A DNA stretch of 64,000 nucleotides from Neocallimastix sp. 'constans' (GCA_050613775.1 JBODTK010000151.1:310001-374000), one strand, 5' to 3'. Positions 41,955 to 58,301 are shown, counted from the stretch's first letter. Numbers and translations are program-made. The notes: generated from the letters alone by a model not told the origin.

Positions 41955-43147
41955 TAATAGTAATAATATAAAATTATAATATAAATAATAAAATAATTTA
42001 TAAATTAATAAAGAAAATTATATATATATAAATAGATAGATATATAAAGCAATATTATTAAATAACAATAATTTAATTAATATAAAAAAAAAAAAAAAAA
42101 AATAACTAGAGTTTATATACTGGCTCTTTTTTATAATTTTGATTTATTTATTAATCTATTTTTTTTTTTTTTTAACTTACTTTCTGCACTACCATAATCC
42201 AATTTAATTTCTTTTTTCCGCTTTTCTTCAAGTTCTTCCATTTCATGACGACGATCTAAATCATCCTCTTTTGCTTCTCGTGATAAATATGATTTTCGAT
42301 GACTCCACCATCTATTACGATCATAATAATATTCATGTTCAGCTCTATCTCTTTCAACATCATCATCATAATTTGCTAATCTTTCCATATAAATATCTTT
42401 TTCTTTTTTTCTACGTTCCAAATATTCTGCTTCATCCATTTGATCCATTTCATAATCTTTCATCCTTTCATATTCTCTATTTTCCCATCGTTTGACCCTC
42501 TTTATTAATTAAACATACATATATAATAATATAAAAATATATTAACAATATTAATAATTATAAAAATTTTTGTTAATATGTTTTTAAAATTAATATTTAT
42601 GTAATTAAAAGAATAAGAATAAGAATAATAAAATAAAAATTTTAAATTTTAGTCACGTTATTTATTTATTATTATTTTATTATATATTATTTTAATCTGT
42701 ATTTTTCTTATTTTTTTTCTTTATAATATATAATTCATACTTCTCTATAGGCTTGTTCCATTTCTTTTTCACGTCTTTCTTGTCTACGTCTTTCCTCTTC
42801 TTCTTCTTCATCAATATCTTCATTTCTCCAGGAGGAAGGTGAATCATAATCTCTCTTTCTTGCCATATCATAATCTCTGTCCTCTCTTCTACGTTTTCTC
42901 TCATATTCTAAATCATAACCTTCTTCATGAAGGACTTGATCACGAATTTTACTTATTTCTTTCTCTGTATCACTTAATTTAGTATGATCTCCACTCTTTT
43001 GTTTTTCTTCTTTTGCTTTCTTTTTTTCTTCTACTAATTTTTTCACTATTTCTTCTATTGATTTCAAACATTCTTTGTCTTTTTCTAAATCATACTATCA
43101 AAATAATAATAATAAAATTGATTTTGTATATTAAATAATTTATAAAT

Positions 43148-43187
<40 letters not shown>

Positions 43188-44684
43188 TATTATAAACATA
43201 ATATAAGAAATAAAAAAAAAATTTTTTTTTATTATTATTGGTATTTAATTTTTTTTTCTTTTTTTTTTAAAATAAAAAAAGTGTATATAAACTTACTGGA
43301 TTTCTAGGTTTTGAATTTTTAGTAATATAAGATCTTGTACTATTATCAATAATAAACTTTTTATTATTATTATTATTTTTAGTAATTATTTATTAATAAA
43401 AATAAGAAATTTTATATAAATTAATTGATAAATATTAAAAGAAATTAAGTAAAATTAAATACAATAAGCATCATTAAAATATTTATGGTTAAATATAAAA
43501 AGTATAGTAAAATTTTATTATCAAAAGAATATTTATGAATATAAAAAACAATAATAATATATATATGATTATATAATAATTAATTATTTTTTTTTATTAG
43601 TATTATTATAACTATTATTATTATTATTTTACTATAATCAATATATAATATAGCTTATTATTATAATTATCAACATTTTTTGATTATTATATTATTTTTA
43701 TTATGATTATTATTATTAATACTTACCAATATATGTTGCATGGTTACTTGATCATCATCACAAGGTAATTCCAACGTACCAGCATTTTCATCTTTACCGA
43801 GCTCTTTATTTGCTTCTCCTCCTAGAACTCTCAAGGCACGGAAGAGCACTTCGAAACCTTCAAATTCACAAATACCAAAATTCTTTTTTTTACCTGAAGA
43901 ATCGATAACTCTTTTCCAACTACGAATATTTCCACAAAGCTTTTATAATTATATAATATATATATACAAATAATACATATATTATTTTTGTAATGTTTTG
44001 AGATATATAAAGAAGTATATTATTGTAATTTTATTTTATTATTTTTTTTAAATAATAATTTTTTATTATAATAATTTTTTTTTAAAAATTTAAATTTAAA
44101 TTATAATTTATTTACATATATAAAACAAGAGATATATTAAAATAATAATAATAATATATTAATAAATTTCATTTATATTTATATTAAAATGAGAATTTTT
44201 TTTTTATAATATATAAATTTTTAATTATTTCAATTTTAAATATTGATTATCGTTTTATTTTCTTCTTTCATAATATTTTTTATTTAATATATATATATAT
44301 ATAATTATATTTTTTTTTTTATTTTTTTTTTTTTTGAGTATTACCTTTAAAATTTGTTCCATAAATTCATCGGTGATGCCTTCTGGAATTTCACCTATAA
44401 AAACACTTAAATAGATATCATTATTATTTTGTGGTATAATTGGATGAGGTATTGGCATTTGCGGTCTAAATTTAGGTTGAAAACCCATTGTTTGAGGCAT
44501 AAAACCTGGAGGTTGAGTCATTAAATTTGGACGAAATGGTGCCGATATCGTTGGGGTATATGGCCTTGGATTATACATTGGTGGTCTTCCTTTATATTTT
44601 CGAATTATTTAATTTAAATATATTATAATTTAATATAATATTTCATTATATAATATTATATATATAAAATTATAATATATATAC

Positions 44685-44717
<33 letters not shown>

Positions 44718-44811
44718 AAAAAAAAATATTAATATTATTTCATCAAAAGAATGACCAATTATTAAAAATAATAATAATAATAATAATATAATGATAATAC
44801 TTACCATACAT
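41209..44811 (-). CDS. RBM25: RBM25/Snu71-like U1 snRNP-associated protein (Pro-rich N-terminus, RRM, charged region, PWI domain)
   Basis: SVFIGEIPEGITDEFMEQILK|LCGNIRSWKRVIDSSGKKKNFGICEF (RRM); ERLANYDDD; LIQSIPNDKESLWKWDIQW...PFVGKKIKEYFGVEE...ALDEEAEVFVMKIWRMLIFES (PWI). Confidence 0.87.
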
Positions 44812-45401
44812 TTTTGTTTATATTGATTTTTTTTTTAAAAAAATATATATATAATAAAAAAAGGTTTCTATGAAAGTTATATGTTAAAATTATAAAATAG
44901 ATTTATAATAAGAAATTTAATTATCATTTTTAAATTTCACAATTATATAATTTATAATTTTTTAATTATTTTTTTTAATTATTTAAATAATATAATTTTT
45001 GTTAAAAAGAGGAGAAAAAAAAGTAATAATATAAAATTCTAATTTTCTATTTAAATAAATTCATCTATTAAATTCTATCTATCTATATATTATTATTATT
45101 TGTGATTAAAAAAAAATAAAATGTATATATTTAAAAAAAGAATTGCAAAGATTGATTTTTTTAATTTTTTTTTTTTTTTTATTATCATTATTAATTAATA
45201 TTACAGGTGTATATTATAAATTATTGTAGTATTTTTTTTTTTTTTCTCTGTTATATTTTTTAGATTAAAATTTTATTCATATTTTTTATTGATTAAGAAT
45301 ACATTGAATGATGATGAAGGATTTCTTTTTTATATATTTTAAATTAATAGTTTTTTTTTTTATTATAAAATAATTTATTTATACTTTACATTTCTTTTTT
45401 T

Positions 45402-45439
<38 letters not shown>

Positions 45440-45939
45440 GTACTTTTAATTATTTAGATTTTAATTAATATTAGTTTTTTTCTTTATTCTTTTAATTTTG
45501 GGATCAATAAATTAAGTTTTATATACAACAGATATATATATAAAAAATAGAAAAAAATTAAAAAGTTTCATTATATAAAAAAATATATATATATTTATAT
45601 ATAGATTATATATAAAAATTAAATTTTTTAATTAAAATTTTTTCTTTTTTATAATTTTATATAATTTTGATTTATATCATTATAAAAACCAATTATTATT
45701 ATATAAAAAATATATATTATATTTTTAATTTATTCTTTTTTTTTATTTTAGTTTTTTTTTTTTTTAATTCAAAAAAATTTTTTTTATTCTTTAATTTTTT
45801 TTTTTATACTACTAAAATTAATAATTTAAAATTAATAGCCTTTTTTTTTTTTTTTATAGTAAAAAAAAATGAAATTTCAAAAAAATAACAATTCCATTTA
45901 TTTACGTGTAAATTATCTCTGTTACCAATAAACTTTTAA

Positions 45940-46007
<68 letters not shown>

Positions 46008-46184
46008 TTTATTTTTTTTTTTATTTTTATTTTTATTTTTATTTTTATTTTTATTTTTATTTATTATTTTTATTTTTATTTATTATTATTTTTTTTTTAC
46101 TTTTAAATTATTGAAATATAAAAATAGAAGAAACAATTTTGAAATAAAAACATTATTATCTATCAATTAAATATTAAAAATTGA

Positions 46185-46215
<31 letters not shown>

Positions 46216-46397
46216 AGTTAATTATAAATATATTCTCTTTCTCATTCTACATGTATAACTTAAAAAAAAAAAAAAAATTAAGGACAAACGATCCGTAAAA
46301 TTAATAGTAATAATAATAATTATTATAAGTATACGGAATTAATTGAAGTAATAAAAATAAAATATCTTCATACGAAGAAATAACAAATAGTATAAAT

Positions 46398-48139
46398 ATG
46401 AATACCAATATACATACTAATAATATGAAAAATTCAACCAATGAAAATAGAATAAGGAGAAGGATGATAACGGCACCGACAACAGCCACCCTAACAAGTC
46501 CTAATAATACTAAAACTCCAATAAAAAGAAAATTAAAAAGTCCCACTAGTATCGGTAATAACCATCCAAATAATAATAATAATAATAATATTAATAAAGT
46601 ATCATTAAAATCGTTACAAGTAACAAATTTTAGTCCTACCTCAACTTCAAATGTTACTAATATTAATATCAATGAAGCGTATAATGCCTTTTTACAAAAT
46701 TATCATCCTATTACCCCTACACCTTCAAATACAGCCAATACAACTACTAATACCACTTCCAAAATTGTATCACCCAACAATACTAGTCGTAATCGTAGTC
46801 GTAGTCGTAGTCATGGTTATGGTCCTTTTCTTTCTCCAAACGATAATACAACACCAACAACAAAAAAAAAGAGACCACTCTTAACCAATTTTCTTGAAAG
46901 TGAGAGTGACTCAAGTACAAACAAAAAAGCAAAATTTTTAGATACCCCTATTCATAATTCAATAAAGTATATAATAATAATAATAATAATATATATATAT
47001 ATATTATTTATTTTAATATATAATTTATAATTTTGGATTTAAAAATCTTTATTTTTATAATAAAAAAAAAATAACATAAAAAATTTTTTAGTCATTTTAA
47101 TGTAGATTATACCCTTAGGAGTGGAGAAAATCTTTCAATAAATAATCATAATAACATTATTAATAATAATCATAATTATCATAATTATAATAATAAAACT
47201 AGTAATAATTATAATAATCATCTTTCTACACCTACTTCTCTTCCTCCTCCTCTTTCTACTCCAACTTCTTCTTCTTCGACTCCTTCCTCTAAAAGAAAAT
47301 ATATTCATATGATGGATACTTATAATTCTCTTATTTCTCCAAATTTAAATAAAGAACCTCAAGTTGGCCATAGTAGTAGTCGTACTAATCATAGTCAAAT
47401 GAGTGGAATTAATAAATTTCAAAATCAATATACAAACTTTATTAATGCCATGGAATCCACTGAAGGTCTTCTTCATCAATATAATAGTAACAATAATAAA
47501 AGTATTACCTCACCAACTAATAAGGATAGAAATTCAACAAATCTTTTAAGTAGCTATATACATCAAAATCAAAATTTTGTAAAGTAAGTTTAATATATAT
47601 TTATATAAATAAATAAATAAATAAATAAATAAATTATTTTTATATAAATAAATAAATATGTATATTTATTATTTAATAATATAATAATATATACAATATA
47701 TACAAATTATATATATGTGATATATATATTCTATAATTATTTATATATATAAAATTGGTTTAAAATCATTAAAAAGAAATGGTTATTCTGAAAAATTAGC
47801 GTCAATGATTTCTAAAAAAAAATCCAACTTTCATATCTGGTTACATTCCATACAACAATCAGGTAGGATTTAAATAAATAAATAGAATATATATATATTT
47901 ATATAAATATGTATAAAATATATATAAATTATTATTATTATTTTTATTTATTTATTAATTAAAAATATATATATATATAAAATGGGAATAAATTAATTTT
48001 AAAATATTTTAAAATTATATTATATTAATTTATTTTATAATATCCATTAATCAATATATATTTAAATAAGATATAATAATAATTAATAATTAATTCAATT
48101 AATTCAAATAGATTAAATTCCTAATTCTAACTTTTTTAT

Positions 48140-48198
<59 letters not shown>

Positions 48199-49014
48199 AT
48201 TTATTTAATTATTTATTTAATTATTTATTTAATAATTTATTTATTGATAATTTATTTATTTATTTCTTATGAAAAAAAAAAAAAAAAAAAAAAAAAACTA
48301 GAATCTCTGAATGATATTTTTCATAATACGATCGTATTGGAAGTGAAAGAAATCTTTGTCTCTAGAACCCATCATTTAATGAAAGGAGAATTGATGACTT
48401 CCTTTGATGAAAAATTTTCTAAAATTTTTTATCGAAAGAAAGGTGAAGGTGAAGGTGAAGGTGATGAAGATGATCAAGAAAAAACTTCAACTCAAGAACT
48501 TTTCGTCATTACAAATCGAAATCGATCTTGGCCATCCCAAAAAAATATTATTCTATTTGAAAATGAAAATTTTAGAAAAACTAAAGATAAAAAATTATTA
48601 TCATTATTTATGATGATAAATAAAAAGAAGATAATGAAGAAGAAAAGAATGAATAATAATAGCAATAATAATAATAATAATAATAATAATAAAGATAAAG
48701 GAAAATATAAGGAAGAATATGATGAAGAAAATGAAGAAACCCAAAGAGAAAAAAATAATAATTCTTTTAAAGATTCTACGGATACCTCACCATTCTTTCT
48801 TGGTGGCCAACCCATTCAAAAGGGAACCGTATTAATTATTAAGGAACCTAAATTTGTTCTATTGGGTTCAACGGAAGCAACGACAATCATGACCACAATG
48901 GCTACAACGACCAATACCGCCCCTACCAATTCAATATCATCCACTAGTATAACAAAAAATAATAAAAAAGCTCTACTTATTTATAATGATTTATTCATTA
49001 TATATAATGTTTAA
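46398..49014 (+). CDS. Hypothetical protein: disordered Asn/Thr/Ser-rich N-terminus, then a SPIDR-like helix motif and a small folded domain; exons 46398-46966, 47092-47583, 47777-47862, 48302-49014
   Basis: Phase-consistent GT..AG joins give one ORF; FVKNGYSEKLASMISKKKSNFHIWLH followed by IVLEVKEI...IILF...IQKGTVLIIKEP...LLIYNDLF. Gene structure is well supported; the SPIDR assignment is tentative. Confidence 0.7.
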
Positions 49015-49080
49015 AAATAACTTAACTATATATATAATATAAAATATCATTCTATCTATTATAAAATAAAAATATATGTA

Positions 49081-49124
<44 letters not shown>

Positions 49125-49125
49125 A

Positions 49126-49164
<39 letters not shown>

Positions 49165-49389
49165 TCAAAATTAATTTTATTTTTTATTTTATTTTTATTT
49201 TTTATCTATTATAATTATAATTATAAATTATGAAGAATTAGAATAATTTGATATATATATATATATATATTTAAATAATATTTTTATTGTTATTATTATT
49301 TATTTGCATTTTAAATATTTGTAATATATATAATATATTTGAAATAATAAAATAGTTGTAAATAGATTTAAATATTTTTATTATATTTA

Positions 49390-49441
<52 letters not shown>

Positions 49442-49784
49442 TTATTTATTTATTTATTTATTTTTTTATTTTATTTTATTTTATTTTATTTTATTTTGTA
49501 AATGTAAAATTGTTTTATTTTTTTTTCCTCAATAATAATGAGAGAAGAAATAAAATGAATAAAACAATAAAAAATTTTTTGTTTTTTAAATAATAAATAT
49601 TATCTATAAATATAATTAATAAGTAAATAAATAATTACAAAACATAAAATAAAATAAAAAAAAAAATAAAAAATAAAAAAAAAAAAATTGAATTAATAAT
49701 ATTAATAATAACAATAATAAATTAAATTAGTATATATGATATATTAAATTTATATGAAAATTTAATGGATTTTCATGAAAAATC

Positions 49785-50326
49785 TTACAAACGAAGAGAT
49801 AAAATTGATCGAACATCCTCCACGAATCTTAAAGCATCTAAAAATGGTAAAAGATTTAATAATTCTCTATCTTTTGGATCGTTAATCCATGTTTCAATTG
49901 GTATTCCATTCTCTTTGTTAATTTCATAAGAAAAAGAAGAATTATCTACTAAACAAATTTTGGATAAGTCTTTTTCTATTATTTGTAAATCTTTCATATA
50001 TAATCCATTTCTATATTGACATGACTTTTTTTTTATAAATATACATATATATATAATAAAAAAACAAATAAAAGAAAAATAAGGATAATAATAGAAAAAA
50101 ATAATAATAAATTATATAATATATAATAATAATATATATATAATGAATATATATATATATTATATGAATTAGAATAACGAATAGTTTAAAAAAAAATTCA
50201 ATATTAATAGTATAATTTATAATTAATTTATATTTATTTTAAATATATATATATATATTTTTATATATTATTATTATTCTAATTTAGTAAAATTTACTTA
50301 AATTTTATCATATATATTAAATATAA

Positions 50327-50380
<54 letters not shown>

Positions 50381-51403
50381 TACCTCTCTGAAATAGCGTT
50401 TTGAAAATATTTTATTTTCAGGATCTAAATAATCAATAACTGGATCAGCATATTCCTTTAATGAAGCGGTAAAAACCACTACTTTATACCATTCACTAAC
50501 CTTCTTCAAAAAACTATCCACATATGGTCTCTTATAAACATAATATAAACAAATATGTTTATCTAACAAAACTTCAATCATATAATCATGATTTCTTGAA
50601 CCACGAGAAGTAGAATGTATCAACGTTTCATCTAAATCTAAAACTAATACTTTTTTTTCCTTTTTCTTTTTACGAAGAGCTAAAGAAGGTGTACGTTTTA
50701 TCTTACAAAGTTGTTTAGATTCTATCTCTTGAGTAGGATTGACCTCCTTATTGAGTTCAGTTTTAACTTTATTTTTACCAGCCGCAGAAGACTTATTATT
50801 TATTTTTTCAATTGATTTTTCCTTTGAAATATTATTACTATTATCTTTAATACTTTTTGATTTTGTACTTGATCTTTTAATTGAAGTTTTACTTTTTTCA
50901 TTATTATTATTATAATTATTATTATTAGCAGTAGCTGCAGTATCAGAAGTATCAGTATTTGAACCAGTAGTGATAGTTTTTCCAGTAGTATTACTAGTAG
51001 TAGTATTAGTTTTAGTATTGGTATTATTATTTACATTTTTAGTATCTAATGTGATTTTATTTTTATTATTATTTACAGGGTTTGATGCGTTAGTTTTTTC
51101 CTCCATTTTAGTATTGGTATCATTTTTCTGTTTTAAAGAATTATTTTTTAGCATCGATTTAGTATCAGTATTTTTTTCATTATTTTCAAAAGAAACTGAA
51201 GCAGAAGATGAGGATGAGGATGTTGATATAGCTGTAGTTGTATTTATGGTAGATTTTTGTTTAATAACCTTTGATTTTGACGTTGTACTTGGTATAGAGA
51301 TAGAATTACTTCTTAAATTAAAAATAAAAAACAAAAGTCTCTTAATATGAAGTACTATTATATATAAAAGAAACATTAAAGATTTTCTATTACATTGATT
51401 CAT
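49785..51403 (-). CDS. NEM1: Nem1/CTDNEP1-like HAD (NIF/FCP1-domain) phosphatase; exons 50384-51403 and 49785-50024
   Basis: N-terminal hydrophobic segment; LVLDLDETLIHS, YYVYKRPYVDSFL, VFTASLKEYADPVIDYLD, LVDNS, DALRFVEDVRSILSLRL. Confidence 0.85.
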
Positions 51404-54400
51404 TTTATATAAAAATATTTTTATTTCTTTTTTATTATTATTATTATTATTATATGATATAATAAGACTTTTATTGATTTATTATTTATTGATATGATGT
51501 AAATAAAACTATTTATATGATATTATCTTTAATTCAATATTTAAATATATATATAGTTTTGTAAAATATATAGATTTCTATTATAATTATATGATTATTA
51601 TTTTTTTTTTTTTCTAAAAAGTATTAATAATACTGTTTATATAAATTAGAATTGTATATATAATTATTTAATATTATATATATATTAAATTAAAGAACAT
51701 TAAATAAGTAGTTTTTTTTTTAAAAAAAAAAAAATATATTACTAGATTTTATTTTCCCTTGTTTTGCTTTAATTTAAATTTACAATTATTCTAATAAATA
51801 ATTAAATAAAAAAAAGATTATTTGATTGATATAATAATAGTTTTGGTTTGTTTTGTTATTATTTTATATTATTATTTCCCAATATTAAAAATGGGAACCT
51901 TTTATTTTATTAATATATTTTTGTAATTTTTTTTTTTTTTTTTTGCTTTTAAAAATTATTATATATTTTCTTTAATATTATAATTAGACATTAGATAATA
52001 GTACAGTAAAAGATAAAAAAAGGTGTATATATAAGAAATAACAATAATCTTTTTACTGAATTTATTATTAATTATTAATATACCATATTTATTTATATTA
52101 TTTTATGTTTCAATTTCTGTGTATGAAATCTGTTTAATAATTGAAAAATCAGATATATAAAAATAGAATAGGTATATATTAAAATAGATAAACATATAAA
52201 TAAAAAAAAAATAATGATATTAATGAAATTTAATTCTCAAATAATTTATTATTACAGTAATTATTATTTTACTTATTTATTTATTTAATAATAAAATAAT
52301 ATATATATATTTAAGCTAAAACGATAAAAATAAATAATTATAAATGAAATAAATAAATTTATCTTCAATTATTGGGGAAAATAATTTTTCAATTTTTATA
52401 AATATATATTTATATTAATAATAATAAATAATAATAATAATAATAATAAAAGTCTAAATAATAACTTTTTAAAATATTTATTAAGTATTCTAGCTTTTAT
52501 TTAATTTTACTTTTTAATTATAATATATATATTAAATTATATATACATTTTTTTAGTTGTAAAGTTTTATTTAAAAAAAGAATAATTATAAAAGAAAAAA
52601 GAATAGAAAAGAAAAATAAAGGAAAATTTTATTTAAAAATTATTTTTTTTTTTTTTTTGTATATATATATATATTATAAAAAATAAAATATATATAATAT
52701 TTTAACAATATTAAAATAGGAATATATTTAATAAAATCTTAATTAAGTAATTGTATTTGTATTATATTACCTTTTTTACGTATTTACTCTTAATATTATT
52801 AAAGAATGATAAAAAAAATATATATATTTAAATATATATTTTTTATTTAGTATTTTTTATTTTTAAATATAAAAAAATAACATAAACCTATTTCTATATG
52901 ATTTGCTTATATAGATTTTATTTTTATTTTTATTTAGCTTTAACTTTTTTGTAATAAAAAAAAATAATAAGTAGAATAAGAATAAGAAGAAGAAATAACT
53001 TTAAAAAAAAAAATATGAAATAATTAAATAATATGAAGTATTATAAAATATGTATTTATAATGAATATAATCTTTGATAGATTTTAAAGCTTTAATTGAA
53101 ATAAAATAAATAATCAACTATATTACTTTTTTTTTCTTAATAAAAAAAAAGTTTCTTTTCTATTTTTGTATTTTTTTTTTAATAAATAGATATATTTCAG
53201 TTCATCTAATTTGGATTTTACTTCTTTTTTTTTTTCTTTTTTGATATAATTTTTTTTTTTTATTCTTTAATAGTAAATATAAAATGATTTTTTATTTTAA
53301 CAATTTTTTATACATATCTTTTCTTAATCTTTATTTTAATATAAATAATGTTTTATTTTCTCTTTTAATCCTTAGTTATAACTTCTTATATATATATTTT
53401 CCTATAAATTAAAAAATAAAGTATATATTAATAAATTTACAAAAAAAAAAAAAATATAAATAATTCAGAGACATAAAAAAATAAAATAAAAATAAAATAA
53501 AAAAAAATTTTATATATAAAAAAAGTTTTTTTTTTTTTTTTTTTGTTTATAATAATAAAAAATTAAGAATAAAAAAAGTCATCATGTTAAATAAAAATTT
53601 TAAATTATTTTAAAAAATATATATATATTTATAAATAAACTCTGAATATATTAACAAAAAAAAACCAATCTATTTATTATTAAAAATTAAAAAATAAGTT
53701 AATTTTTAATATATTATAAAAATAATTATTTTAAAATTATTTTATATTAATTTTATTTTCAATATATATAGTTAAACAATAATATTAAAAAATTATATTC
53801 TATATTATTTTATTTATTTATTTATTTATTATCTATATAAAACTATCCATTTAATAAAATTTTTAATATTAATCTAACCTTTGTTATATATAATTAATAT
53901 ATATATAAATTTATACCTAAACTATTTTTAAAATAATACCATATATAATATAATCATATTTTAGTATTTAATACTTATTTATTTATATTTAATAATTATT
54001 ATATTTAATTTTTTTTTAAATATGATATATAATCTATTTGATATATTAAAACATATATATTATTAAAATTTTTTATTCTTAATGAAAATTTATATTTATT
54101 TATATACACTTAATATTCATAAAACATTTATATTTTTTATATTTATTTATATCTTTCATACTTAACATATTTATTTATATATTAAATAATTTAATGATTT
54201 CTAAATTAATATTAATTAATCTCTTTTATAATAATAGATTAATATATAGAGATTATATATAGATAAAGTAAATTATTTTTATTTCATCCTTAATAAAATA
54301 TTATTTATTATTTAATATATCTCTTATATTAACTGTATATTCCATAACCTTTTTTTAATTTATATATTTATTTCATTTTATTTATATATTTACTTATTTA

Positions 54401-55887
54401 TTTTTATTAATTTATTTATTTATTATGTATTATTTCTATTTATTTATTATTGATATTAATAATATTTAAAATTAAAAAAACATTTTAATTTTTAAATTAT
54501 TAATTATTTTAATTAATTTAATTATTTTGAATTATTTTAATATATATTAATAGTCTAAACGAAATATATATAAAAAATAAAATAAATGAATGAATTATTT
54601 CTTTTTTAACTATAAATATGCCGTTTTTTTCATCGTTCTCAAGCCATAATTGAAGTATTAATTAAAAATAACTTTTAAGGATTTAATGATATTAAATAAA
54701 TATAAACTCTTATGTAAAAATATTAATTATAAAATTAAGTAATATTTTAATACGCCATATATTTCATTTTATTATTATTTAAAGTTAATGAATGAATTTG
54801 ATTTAAAAGGATATTAATTGAAAAAAAAATTAAAATTAAAAACAAAAATATAAATTTTCAAAATTTTAATTTTATATATATCCATTTACACTGCAAAATA
54901 TATAAGAAATAATTTAAATTAAATGAAAATGAGTTGGATACATTTTTTATTTTTTATATTTTTATTATTTTTATTAATAAATATATTAAAAATGAAAAAG
55001 ATTTTCGAATGGAAAAAAGGAAATGAAAAAAAAAAAAAATAGTTTAAACCTACTGAAACTCTAAAAGTACTTGTAAAATAAGATAAAAAATTATCTTTAA
55101 ATAAATATCAAAATTTTTTTTTAATTTTTTTTTATAAATAAAATAATATATGAAAAATGATTTAAAGATAAAAAATAATAATTATATATATTAAAGAAAT
55201 ACTTTATATTATATAACATATATATGTATGCATTGCAACATATGATATATTTATAAATCACATGATTTTACTATATACGGTGATTGCATTCAAACAACAT
55301 TAATGTGCAATATTATACTTTGGAATGCATGAACATATAATATATACTTTTTTTTTTCATGTACTATATAACATATAACAAATAAATATAGGTATATTTA
55401 TTTATTACTACATTATATATAGATAAACTTAAAAACTGATTTATATTTATATAATTATTTTTGAAACTGTTTGAAATTAAAAAATGCTATATAAAGTAAA
55501 AAAAAAAAAAAAGTTATAAATAAAAAAAAAATTAATCATTTGATATATTTTACTTTTTCTATTTCTTTTTCTTTTTCTTTTTTCTTTTTTTTTTTTGTTT
55601 TTTAATATGAAATAAAATTCAGTTTGAAATAAAGTTTTAACATTTATATTTTTATATTTATATATGTTATGATTCAATTAAGAAATAAACTTTTAGTCAC
55701 TTAAAAGAGAGGCTTATTTTATTTATATTAATTGAAGTCTTTATTTATTTTTATGTCTTTTTTTATATTTTTCTTTTAATGAATTATTTTGATCCTTAAA
55801 CAATTGAACTATTTTCTATTATATGTAAATATTTTCTTAAATTATAATTTTATAATATTATAGAATATTAGGTTTACTATAGATTGT

Positions 55888-55927
<40 letters not shown>

Positions 55928-56219
55928 GTAATATGTATTTATTCTATATTTAATCAATGCTAATAAAGTATATATATTCTATATATAAATAATATCAAAT
56001 CTTGATTATTATATTTCTTGATCTCTAATATTTTTATTTCAACAATTACGTATATTGAATTTGTTATTAGTTATGTTTATGCATTGATATATTATTTAAT
56101 TTTTAATCTTTATATTATTATTACTTAATATGGAATATAATTAAATCATTAATGTATTGAAACCAATGTTTTAAAAAAAATATTAACCCAAAACTTTTGT
56201 GTTAATAAGTTTATTTCTT

Positions 56220-56301
<82 letters not shown>

Positions 56302-56509
56302 TTTAATTAATGTTTTCTTTTTTCCTTACTTTCTTATATAAAGATACTTCACATATAAATATTATATTTCCTAAATCAACAAAGAACATGTCATGAGAAA
56401 AAAAAATTAGAAAAAAGTCTTTTTTTTTTTTTTTTAAAAAAACATCTACTAAGTAAAAAAAAAAAATTACTATTCTAAGAATGTATTATATAGAAGAAAA
56501 TTATTATTT

Positions 56510-56990
56510 TTTTTTTTTTAAGATTGGAATTAAGGAGAGGGATGGACAATAGGACTTCCATTCTCTCTCTTAAACGTATCAAGCTTTCCGCAGATTCTTT
56601 GACATACTGTTTCGGCTTCGACACGGACCTCTCCCAAAGAAAGGCTAATATGAAAGACATTCCTTATATGCTGCTTTCTACAACTATCTTCTTTTCATTA
56701 ATTTGTTGAACCATTATCGAGGGAGGAACAATTAACATTAATCCTTCCTCTCATAGATCAAGTGCTCTCTGTACTAACAATTATATAGTATAGCATCAGA
56801 AATACTTATCATTGGGGAGTGAATGTCCAACTTCATATATAGGGAAAAACATCCTTGGAAAATGAAAATGGCCTCATATAAAATTAAGAGGTCGATCCAA
56901 AAATCTTGTGTGTATTAATCAAAAGAATTAACTCCCAGGATAAAAACTTGGAAAGACATAAAATGATATAGTATGCACGTAAAGGTATAA
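56510..56990 (-). mobile_element. Probable highly decayed LINE-like fragment
   Basis: GC-richer island in intergenic DNA; stop-interrupted minus-strand frame with weak by-eye resemblance to the LINE C-terminal region, ending at an A-run. Confidence 0.3.
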
Positions 56991-57152
56991 AATAATCAAA
57001 TAAATTAACTAAAAATGAAAATCATAATACAAGAGGATGAATACTTAACAACCATAAATATATAAATTAAAGTATAAATGTAACGAACCATTAATCTTTT
57101 TTAGCTTAAAATTATTACAAATACCGATTTAAAGAATGAGAAATTAGTAAAT

Positions 57153-57191
<39 letters not shown>

Positions 57192-57221
57192 TTTTACAAT
57201 ATACAATATTCTAAATTGTAG

Positions 57222-57257
<36 letters not shown>

Positions 57258-57448
57258 CTTTGGATAAAGTATACTTTAGGTGTTATATTTAAATTAAACA
57301 CTAATAAAATAAAAATATAATTATTTTACAATCGTTTACTTAAATAATTTATTTTATCTATAATTTTTATTTTTTCTGTAGTACAATAAAAGTATTATAA
57401 TTAATTAGCTAATGTTATATAAATATAGATAGATAGATAGATAGATTT

Positions 57449-57481
<33 letters not shown>

Positions 57482-58154
57482 CTTATAATTTATTATTATT
57501 ATTATAATTATTTTTTACTTTTTTTTTATTTTTTTTTATTTTTTTTTTTTATTTTTTTTTTTTTAATTTTTAACTATTATTAATATTTTTTTCTTTTTTT
57601 TTTTATTTACTATTTTTTTTTTTTTGTTTTTGATTTTAATTATATTATATGATATATGTTATTATATTATTATTTACTGTATTATTTTCAATTATTTCTA
57701 ATTTATTTATTTATTTATTTATATTTATTTATTTATTTATTTATTTTATAATATTTATAAGAGGATAAGTGGTACGAATTTATATACATATATATTATTT
57801 ATTATATGTATATTTTTTATTTTTTATTTACATTTATATATATATATATTTTATTTTATATTTTATTTGCATTATATATATATATCTTACTTATTTGTAT
57901 TTAGTTTTTGTTATTTTTTTTTTTTATTTTTATTTTATTTATTTATTACTATTATCATTATATGAGTTGAATAAATAAATTAAGAATGGATAAATGAATG
58001 AATGTATCATTTATATATATATTATTAATTGTAAGTGTAAGTAGTAGTTAAATATAAAAAAAAAAATATATATATATTTTTTCTTTATTTTATTTTGAAT
58101 TTTGTAATTATATATATATATATATTATTTTTATTTGCGTTTGTATTTTTTTTT

Positions 58155-58189
<35 letters not shown>

Positions 58190-58301
58190 CATTTTGATAA
58201 TTTATAACAGTTTATTTCATTTTATTATTATTATTATTATTATTTCATTTTTTTTTATTTTTATTTTTATTTTATTTTTCCATTTCCATTTCTATTTTTT
58301 T

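Noticed and set aside
51404..56500. Hidden gene or ncRNA in the long intergenic region
   Set aside because: No phase-consistent exons or recognisable RNA motifs found by eye; cannot be fully excluded without RNA-seq or covariance-model searches.
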